A program made the translations under genes and the position numbers. DNA of 64,000 bases from Myxococcota bacterium (GTDB lineage: Bacteria > Myxococcota_A > UBA796 > GCA-2862545), in assembly GCA_039208735.1 (NCBI GenBank), contig JBCCQY010000022.1:13546-77545 (forward strand), written 5' to 3'. Below are positions 57,289-64,000 of the stretch, piece by piece; within the stretch, counting starts at the first letter, position 1; the number at the start of each line of letters is the position of its first letter. Below the pieces are notes generated by a model. That model did not search any database, was not told the origin of the DNA, and was given only the letters and a program-made list of their open reading frames with translations.

Positions 57289-58518
57289 GTGCTCGAGACG
57301 CTCACCGACATCGCCGAGAACCTGTGGCGCCACCGCGTGCGCACCGCGCTCACCACGCTCTCGGTAGCCTGGGGGACCTTCGTCCTTGTCGTCTTGCTGG
57401 GGGTCGGGCGAGGGCTGCAGAACAGTGTCTTCCACGACTTTCAGGATGATGCGACCAACAGCATCTGGCTTTATCGTGGACAAACGAGCCGACCCTACCA
57501 GGGGCATCCCGTAGGCCGGCAGATGCGCTTCGACGACGACGACTTCGAGGCGATCAGTCGGCTTGACGGCGTCGAGTACATCACCGGTCGCTACTACGCA
57601 CGAGGGGCCGGCTTGCTCGTCTATGGCGACCGCAGCGCGAGCTTCTCGATGCGGGCCGTCCATCCCGACCATCGCTATCTCGAAGGAACGGAGATGGTGC
57701 GCGGCCGCTGGTTGTCGGACCTCGATCTGGCGGAGCGCCGCAAGGTGACGGTGCTGTCCGAAGACATCGCTACGTTCCTCATCCGCGATGCTGACCCCAT
57801 CGGTGCGTTCATCAACGTCGACGGGGTTCCGTTTCGCGTCGTAGGCACCTTCGTCGATGCCGGCAATCAGGACGAGATGCAGATCTTCTACGTGCCCGTG
57901 ACCACGGCGCGCGTCGCCTTCGGCGGGTCGACCCGGGAGCTGCACCGAATCATGTTCACGCTTGAGCATGCCACCCTCGCCGAATCCCAACGTCTCGCCG
58001 CGCGCGCGCGCGACCTCTTGCTCGAGGCCCACAACGTCGATCCGCAAGACGCCACGGCGCTCCGGGTGGGCAACAACTTCGAGGAGTGGCAGCGCATCCA
58101 GCGCATCTTCGATCTGCTCGAGATGTTCGTGTGGTTGGTCGGTCTCGGCACGGCCACCGCAGGCATCGTCGGGGTGTCCAACATCATGCTGGTCACCGTC
58201 CGCGAACGGACCGCCGAGATCGGGCTTCGCAAGGCATTGGGGGCACGGCCGGGACAAATCGTACGCGGCATCGTCACGGAGTCGGTCCTCCTCACAGGAA
58301 CCGCTGGCTACAGCGGCATTGTGGCCGGGGTAGCGCTTCTCGAACTCGCTCGCGCCACGTTGCCCGAGAATCCCTACATCCGTGAGCCGGAGATCACGCT
58401 GCTCCCTGCGGTGACGGCCGCTGTCGCGGTCGTGGGCTTCGGCCTTTTGGCGGGGCTTGTTCCAGCCTGGCGAGCGGCCCGCATCCACCCCATCGACGCC
58501 CTGCGGGAGACCCCCTGA
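57289..58518 (+). CDS. ABC transporter permease (MacB/FtsX type)
   Basis: RTALT.LSV.WG, periplasmic domain, GVSNIMLVTVRERTAEIGLRKALGA, PIDALR. Confidence 0.92.
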   Translation: MLETLTDIAENLWRHRVRTALTTLSVAWGTFVLVVLLGVGRGLQNSVFHDFQDDATNSIWLYRGQTSRPYQGHPVGRQMRFDDDDFEAISRLDGVEYITGRYYARGAGLLVYGDRSASFSMRAVHPDHRYLEGTEMVRGRWLSDLDLAERRKVTVLSEDIATFLIRDADPIGAFINVDGVPFRVVGTFVDAGNQDEMQIFYVPVTTARVAFGGSTRELHRIMFTLEHATLAESQRLAARARDLLLEAHNVDPQDATALRVGNNFEEWQRIQRIFDLLEMFVWLVGLGTATAGIVGVSNIMLVTVRERTAEIGLRKALGARPGQIVRGIVTESVLLTGTAGYSGIVAGVALLELARATLPENPYIREPEITLLPAVTAAVAVVGFGLLAGLVPAWRAARIHPIDALRETP

Positions 58519-59777
58519 TGTTTGTACGCCAGCTGGGCGACACGCTGATGGAGATCGCGGACGCACTCAGTGCGACGCCGGGCCGGTCCCTGCTGACGAT
58601 GGCGGGGGTATTCTGGGGCACTCTGATCTTGCTGCTGATGCTCGGGTTCGCAGAAGCCCTGGAGCAAGCCGCCTACCGAACGATCGGCCAAAGCGTCACC
58701 AACTCCGTGTTCGTGTGGGGGGGCCGCACCCGCCTTGGCTATGCAGGTCTCCGGCCGGGGCGGTGGGTGCGCTACGACCTCGACGACGTGCCAGCCCTCG
58801 AGCGAATCCCCGGGGTGCGCCACCTCTCGCCGCGCGCCCACCTCGGTGGCTACGGGCACGGGCTACGGGTCTCGCACGGCACCGAGTCGGGTGCATTCGC
58901 GATCACTGGCGAAGCGCCAAACTTTCGCCACGTACAGACCGTCGAGTGGGATGCGGGGCGGTTCCTGAATCAGTTGGACATGGCACAAAAGCGCAAGGTC
59001 GCCGTGATTGGCCGACAGGTCTACCGGCAGCTGTGGCCCAATGGCGGCAATCCCATTGGCCAGACCATCGCCATTCTGGGGATCCCATTCAAGGTGGTGG
59101 GTCTGTTCCACATCGGCAGCGGAGACGACGAAGGGGATCGTGAGGAACGCAACATCCGGGTGCCGCTGTCGACCTACCTCGCCACGTTCCGCCAGGGCAA
59201 CGTGGTGAGCGCATGGGCGTTCGTCGTGGAGGACGGATTCACCAGCGAGACCGTAGAAGACGACGTGAAGCGTGTGCTCGCGGCGCGACACGACGTGCAT
59301 CCCGATGACACCGTGGCGCTCGGCTCGTTCAACGCAGAACGAGAATTCGGCCGGGTGCGAGACCTCTTCACGGGAATGCGTGGGCTGACCTGGCTCGTGG
59401 GGCTCGCAACCCTCCTCTCGGGAGCCATCGGAGTAAGCAACGTGTTGCTCATCATGGTCCGTGAGCGAACAGCGGAGATTGGCCTGCGCCGCGCGATCGG
59501 CGCGACGCCCCAGATGATCGTGGCGATGATCGGACTCGAGGCGATGGTCATGACGGGACTGGCCGGAATGGCGGGCATCGTGGCGGGAACAGGGGTGCTC
59601 GAGGTTGCGGCGTTCATCATTGGGCCCGACAACTCGGCCATGGGGCAGCCCTACGTGCACTGGAGCGCCGCCGTCGGAACGGCGCTGTTGCTCGGGTTCG
59701 CGGGACTCGTCGCTGGCTACTTGCCCGCACAGCGTGCGGTGGCCATCGAACCGGCCGGTGCCTTGCGATCGGAGTGA
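58518..59777 (+). CDS. ABC transporter permease (MacB/FtsX type), paralog
   Basis: RSLLT..GV.WG, GVSNVLLIMVRERTAEIGLRRAIGA, ALRSE; TGATG coupling to the upstream gene. Confidence 0.92.
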   Translation: MFVRQLGDTLMEIADALSATPGRSLLTMAGVFWGTLILLLMLGFAEALEQAAYRTIGQSVTNSVFVWGGRTRLGYAGLRPGRWVRYDLDDVPALERIPGVRHLSPRAHLGGYGHGLRVSHGTESGAFAITGEAPNFRHVQTVEWDAGRFLNQLDMAQKRKVAVIGRQVYRQLWPNGGNPIGQTIAILGIPFKVVGLFHIGSGDDEGDREERNIRVPLSTYLATFRQGNVVSAWAFVVEDGFTSETVEDDVKRVLAARHDVHPDDTVALGSFNAEREFGRVRDLFTGMRGLTWLVGLATLLSGAIGVSNVLLIMVRERTAEIGLRRAIGATPQMIVAMIGLEAMVMTGLAGMAGIVAGTGVLEVAAFIIGPDNSAMGQPYVHWSAAVGTALLLGFAGLVAGYLPAQRAVAIEPAGALRSE

Positions 59778-59834
59778 GCTGCACCTTGCAAAGAAGGAGG
59801 GCCGGACACGATCAATCCGATTGCGGAAATGCCT

Positions 59835-60216
59835 ATGACGGTCCGCACCGAGGCGACGTCGCCGGACCTCCAAGCAGTTCGGCGTTAATCTGCTCCATAA
59901 ACACTTCGACCTGCTCGGTGACGAACAGATGATCAAGTGGCTTGATCGAGAGAACAACGCCGCATTCGTCGCACCCGAGCGAGCGTCCAACCACCGAAAA
60001 GCCTATTTCTATCTTCCTGTCTTGAGGGAGAAGCGAGTCGGCTTTCATCCGCTCGAATTCTTCCGGGTTGGCGAAGCGCAGGAGACCTTGCCAGACATTC
60101 GGTGCATCTTCGAAGAGAAGCCTGAATTCTTCGGTTCCTTTGCGTCAAGGCTCTTTGAACTCGAACTGAAACACGTTTTTGGCGTGCGTTGTTACACGAT
60201 AGCTACTTGCAAGTAG
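59835..60216 (+). pseudogene. Disrupted hypothetical gene containing FGVNLLHKHFDL
   Basis: The frame of ATG 59835 ends after 17 codons. The +1 frame is open from 59839 to TAG 60214 and looks protein-like. GC is lower than in the flanks. Confidence 0.45.
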
Positions 60217-60219
60217 CTA
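60200..60219. repeat. Perfect 20-bp palindrome
   Basis: TAGCTACTTGCAAGTAGCTA equals its own reverse complement. Confidence 0.9.
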
Positions 60220-60273
60220 GCGACCGTATGGTCGTTCTCACCACCCCCGCGGTGCATTCAGATTCCCGACCAC

Positions 60274-60450
60274 GTGGTGACTCCGAAGCGTCCCAAGCCA
60301 CCAAAACCTCCCAAGCCGCAAAACTGTATCGGTCATTGCCAAGATCATTGCCAAACTCACTGCACAACCCACTACAACGGGCACTGCAAAGCCCATTGTA
60401 CGCATCATTGCACCGGGCATGAGAGTGAGGCAACGGCGCCAAGGTGTTGA
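60274..60450 (+). CDS. 58-aa Pro/Lys-rich plus (C-x-x-H)8 repeat peptide, or the C-terminal tail of the disrupted upstream gene
   Basis: MVTPKRPKPPKPPKPQN-CIGH-CQDH-CQTH-CTTH-YNGH-CKAH-CTHH-CTGH-ESEATAPRC; shorter than any ORF in the track; no clear RBS. Confidence 0.55.
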   Translation: MVTPKRPKPPKPPKPQNCIGHCQDHCQTHCTTHYNGHCKAHCTHHCTGHESEATAPRC

Positions 60451-60684
60451 TCGGGGCGTGGGACTCGAGGGTACGTGGGTCTCGTCGCGGCCAGGGGGGA
60501 CAACTACACGGGCAAGACCCTGATGCTCTTTCAGTTCCTCGTGATCAGCGGCAAGCGAAGCTTGGGCGAAATCAGAACAGCAGCAAGCAAAGCTTGCGCG
60601 AGTCTGATCACCGCTGGCCTTCGGCGCTACGCGCCTGCAGGCCGACGCGGTTCAGCTTTCGTCGCTGACGCTCCTGCAAGCTGA

Positions 60685-62496
60685 TCAGTGGCTCAAGGGA
60701 TCTCTCGGGTCGGTTCCGTTGAGAAACTCCTGGCCATCCTGCACTCCGTCGGCGTCGGAGTCGGGGTTCGTCGGATCCGTGAGTGACACGAACTCCTCAT
60801 AGTAGTCTCCCAGCCCATCGACGTCGGTATCGCAATCGACAGCAACGTCGTCGATGTAGCCGCGATCGACGAAACTCAAGGACACCTGACTCCGAAACTG
60901 CACCTTGAAATCTGCCGGGAATCCGTACGGTTCGCTCAGTCGAACCACGAAGGGTTGGAAACCTTGGTTATTCGCCCCGTTCCCCAGGATGGTCAACCGG
61001 TTCACGAATTGTGTACCATCCCACGTCTCGACGACGATGTCGTCGTTGAAATCCAGATCCCGGTCATTCCACAAGAACTGAACGGCAACGTTCGTGCACG
61101 AAGAAAAATCGAGGTCCGTGGTGATGGCAGAGCCACCTGCTTGCATCATGGACCATGTGCCGATCGCATAGTCGGTGCCGTCCGCCCGAATCTCGGTAGG
61201 AGGGGCGAAAGGCATCCAAATTGCGGCATCCGGAGTCGCCCCGCTCTCGAATCCGTCGTAGAACCCGCGGGGCGTGACTCCATCATCCGGATTGGTGCCC
61301 GCCAAGACCTCGTCACCATCCAGAATACCGTCCCCATCTGTATCTGCGAGCATTCGTGAGGTTCCATACCAGGACTGTTCGACGATGTCGGGAATCTTGT
61401 CGCCATCGTTGTCGCATCCGAAGGCCAAATCGTCGACGAACCAAGAATCGGTCGTGATGCCGTCGCCCGTGTTTGGGGTCCCAAGACGGATATGCGTCCG
61501 GGGGCCATCGAACACCGGGTCGATCGAGTTCCCCAGAACCGGAACGAAACCGCCCGACATACCCCCGGGGATCACCGTCAAGTCGACGTAGGTGTTCGCT
61601 GCGGGATCGAAGACGCTGAGTTCGAGGCTGTCGTCAGCTTCCGGTTGACCTGGAGGATCATCGGGGCGCAATCTGAAATCCCATGCGACAGGGCCAGGAC
61701 AGGGGCTGAAGTTCACATCCCTTGAGGTCAGTGAACCGCCACTGTCTCCGATGCGAAGCGAAAACGCATCACTGGTGGAAAACTGGGCCGAGAGGTCCGC
61801 ATCGCCCATGGGATCGCCCGCCCAGTAGGTGGGATTGACCTCACCATTCTGAAAATCCTCGACGATGAAGGGGTCGATTGTCTCGACTTCGATCGTGACG
61901 CGCACAGGCCCCGTCGTTGCCCCCTCGGGATCCGTCGCCGACCACTCGAACGCCACGAATCCCACGTGGTCCAGATCTGGCGTGTAGGTAAAGGTATCTT
62001 GGGAAAGGTCGAGTTCACCGAACTCCGGAGTCTGCATCAGCGCGTAGAAAAGCAAGTGGCGATCCACATCATCGGCCATGAGCTTTCCGACGAATGGGGT
62101 ATTCGCCAGCGTCACGAATCGCGTATCCGAGGCAGTCGGGGCGTCGTTGACAGGCAAGATCAGTAGTCTCACCTCTGCAGACTCGCTGACCTCACCTGCC
62201 GCAGAAGCGCGCCAGGTGAACGAATCCACACCATTCACGTTCTCTTCCGGGGTGTACTCCCATTCCGCGCCGCTGCCGACGAGGCTCCCGAGGGTTGGTC
62301 CCTCGACGATTTCGTATTCGAGAAGCTCCGTCGAATTCGAAACCTCGGCGGACAACACGATATCGACCGATGTGTCCTCATCGAGCTGAATCGATGTGTC
62401 GTCGAGCTGAAACGTCCCGAGGCCGTCCTTCTGGGATTCCGAACAGCCGAAAACCATTATCAGGGTGGACAAGCTAGCGCACTGTATCGTCGTCAT
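60685..62496 (-). CDS. Surface (lipo)protein: two cadherin-like/Ig repeats, two beta-sandwich domains and Ca-binding DxDxDG repeats
   Basis: VFGC; YTP..N.NGVDSFT, PVNDAP, YTP...G...F; duplicated F..G/W.VDD modules; DTDGDGILDGDE and DSDADGVQDGQE. Confidence 0.78.
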   Translation of the reverse strand: MTTIQCASLSTLIMVFGCSESQKDGLGTFQLDDTSIQLDEDTSVDIVLSAEVSNSTELLEYEIVEGPTLGSLVGSGAEWEYTPEENVNGVDSFTWRASAAGEVSESAEVRLLILPVNDAPTASDTRFVTLANTPFVGKLMADDVDRHLLFYALMQTPEFGELDLSQDTFTYTPDLDHVGFVAFEWSATDPEGATTGPVRVTIEVETIDPFIVEDFQNGEVNPTYWAGDPMGDADLSAQFSTSDAFSLRIGDSGGSLTSRDVNFSPCPGPVAWDFRLRPDDPPGQPEADDSLELSVFDPAANTYVDLTVIPGGMSGGFVPVLGNSIDPVFDGPRTHIRLGTPNTGDGITTDSWFVDDLAFGCDNDGDKIPDIVEQSWYGTSRMLADTDGDGILDGDEVLAGTNPDDGVTPRGFYDGFESGATPDAAIWMPFAPPTEIRADGTDYAIGTWSMMQAGGSAITTDLDFSSCTNVAVQFLWNDRDLDFNDDIVVETWDGTQFVNRLTILGNGANNQGFQPFVVRLSEPYGFPADFKVQFRSQVSLSFVDRGYIDDVAVDCDTDVDGLGDYYEEFVSLTDPTNPDSDADGVQDGQEFLNGTDPRDPLSH

Positions 62497-62644
62497 GCAT
62501 TCCCCCTCCGCCATGGCTTCAAGGCCGCCAGCGTTTGAAATTCTAGATCCGATTCATCAGTTTTGCTGAACACTCGGATGCAGTGCCCGATCGAGTCATG
62601 GCGAAGCCACGTCGGCGGAGCTGGGCGACCTCCCGTTAGGATCC

Positions 62645-63103
62645 TCAGTCGCGCAGGTACGGGAACCCCGACGGCTTGATCACCATCACCGACACGGGGG
62701 TCTTCGCCACCACCTGCTCGGTGGTTGAGCCGGTGAAGAACTCGGCCACTCCCCTGCGGCCGTGGGTGCCCATGACAATCAGGTCGGCCTGCAGCTCTTC
62801 GGCCGCCGCCACGATGGTGTCCACCACCGGCCCACTGCGTACATCGGCAGTGATGCGGCCTGCGGCGCCTGGTCCGAGGGTCTTGACGGTCTCGTCGACC
62901 AAGGCTTGCGTCTCGTTGTCAATGATGTCGAGATCGATGCGGGTGTGATCTTCGTCCTCCATGTCCAGCGCCGCCACCTCCTTGCGGATCCGCAGCGTCA
63001 CCACCTGGGCATCGAAGCGCTCGGCGATGTTGAGGGCAGTGGTCAACACCTTGTGGTTGAGGTGCGACTTGTCGAGGGGAACGAGCAACGTTTTGAACGC
63101 CAT
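62645..63103 (-). CDS. Universal stress protein (UspA family)
   Basis: LLVPLD.S; ADLIVMGTHGRRG...FTGSTTEQVV...P.SV. Confidence 0.92.
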   Translation of the reverse strand: MAFKTLLVPLDKSHLNHKVLTTALNIAERFDAQVVTLRIRKEVAALDMEDEDHTRIDLDIIDNETQALVDETVKTLGPGAAGRITADVRSGPVVDTIVAAAEELQADLIVMGTHGRRGVAEFFTGSTTEQVVAKTPVSVMVIKPSGFPYLRD

Positions 63104-63416
63104 GTCGAGGACTCCTGGGCCGGCCGGGTTCGACTGCACGTCCCGTGCCGCCGACCGCCGTGCGGCCTCGCAACGCCCTCGGATGACGCTCTACCGCCGT
63201 GGGACCGACCTTTCGTACACAGCCCCTCAGGGTGAACCGGCACAGCCGAACGTCCTCGGGTGTTGGAGATCACACGACGCGGGTCATTTGTGGCAACTCA
63301 CGCTCTTGCGCCATTCTTCCTCCCCATCGCTCCGGGCCACGCTCGCATCGCGGGCAAACCAGAAATTGAGATGAGCGGTCTTTCGCGGCGCTACGCTGCG
63401 CTCAATGGAGGAGCGA

Positions 63417-63836
63417 ATGCGCCTGTTCTTACTAGGTTCGATAGGACTCATGGCCTGCGACGACCTTCCGCTGAGTGCCGAGTGGGAGGAAATCGAACTC
63501 ATCGACGAGGGCACGCTGTGCCTGGAGCGATCCGGCACCTTGCTCACTGTCACCGTGGTGGGCGCGGAGTGTCTGTCGGGCTCGTGTACGCGCAATCGTA
63601 GCGGGACGTGCAGCGTCTCTGCCGACGGGGCGAACCTTGTGTTGTTCAGCGACATCGCGTGGGAGCGTCGTCGGGAGCCGGCCACCTGCACCGACGACTG
63701 CGTTGCGGTGGTGGCGACGTGCACCACGGAGGTCGATGCCAAGCCAACGAGCTTCATGGTGACCCATGGAATCGCCACGCGTGCCGTCGATGTGGGAGGG
63801 AGCGGGGCCTGCGGTGGGTACTACACCACATACTGA
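63417..63836 (+). CDS. Cys-rich hypothetical lipoprotein
   Basis: GGAGGAG RBS, LMAC lipobox, CLSGSC and CTDDC motifs. Confidence 0.7.
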   Translation: MRLFLLGSIGLMACDDLPLSAEWEEIELIDEGTLCLERSGTLLTVTVVGAECLSGSCTRNRSGTCSVSADGANLVLFSDIAWERRREPATCTDDCVAVVATCTTEVDAKPTSFMVTHGIATRAVDVGGSGACGGYYTTY

Positions 63837-64000
63837 TCGGCACCGGGAAGCGCTCAGGTCGAGACCATATGTACGACCGGCTCCATGGCGCACCACGTAC
63901 AGTGGTTGTGCTGAACTCGCGGGTTGTCGCCGGTCAATGGTGACAGTGCCGCATGCGACAGGAGCCGATCGTGAGCCAGAATACCACCTTCGTCGGTCTC

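Noticed and set aside
60189..60422. 77-aa ORF with L-x-x-S/P repeats, and the two minus-strand ORFs over the same repeat
   Set aside because: The variation pattern fits synonymous His/Cys codons in the third frame better. This is disfavoured rather than excluded.
48131..64000. Integrative element or prophage inserted at tRNA-Glu/Gln
   Set aside because: Accessory genes follow the tRNAs, but I saw no integrase and no duplicated tRNA 3' end. One could lie beyond the window.
63840..64000. Partial gene at the right edge
   Set aside because: Too short and with no recognisable motif to assign a frame or strand.

Overview
High-GC bacterial chromosome segment. The Asp/Ser/Ala/Thr-repeat lipoproteins, the PEGA, HDOD, PilZ and FGE-domain genes and the TIR-STAND and CHAT proteins suggest Myxococcota; this is an inference, not a classification. 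About 1-48 kb is mostly metabolic and housekeeping: redox and repair genes, a two-domain eukaryote-type phosphofructokinase, an HDOD/PP2C/PilZ/anti-sigma/STAS signalling cluster, a GH9, a TPR-CHAT protease, a divergent citrate-synthase pair, a TIR-STAND-TM-WD40 protein, argD-bioB-bioF-bioDA, argR-(DUF1611-like)-argC-argF'-argB, yceD-rpmF-plsX-acpP-fabF, and tRNA-Gln plus tRNA-Glu. Downstream of the tRNAs is an accessory, partly decaying region. It holds three tandem FGE-domain cassettes (one intact), a deleted tnpB relic missed by the ORF track, a TetR-controlled hydrolase homolog lacking its catalytic Ser, two ABC permeases without an ATPase, and a low-GC islet with an unannotated eight-unit C-x-x-H repeat. 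The best leads are a possible succinyl-type arginine pathway with a DUF1611/DgcN-like protein in place of ArgA, the CxxH-repeat islet, and the FGE cassette/tnpB relic. All family calls come from motif recognition by eye; no searches were run.
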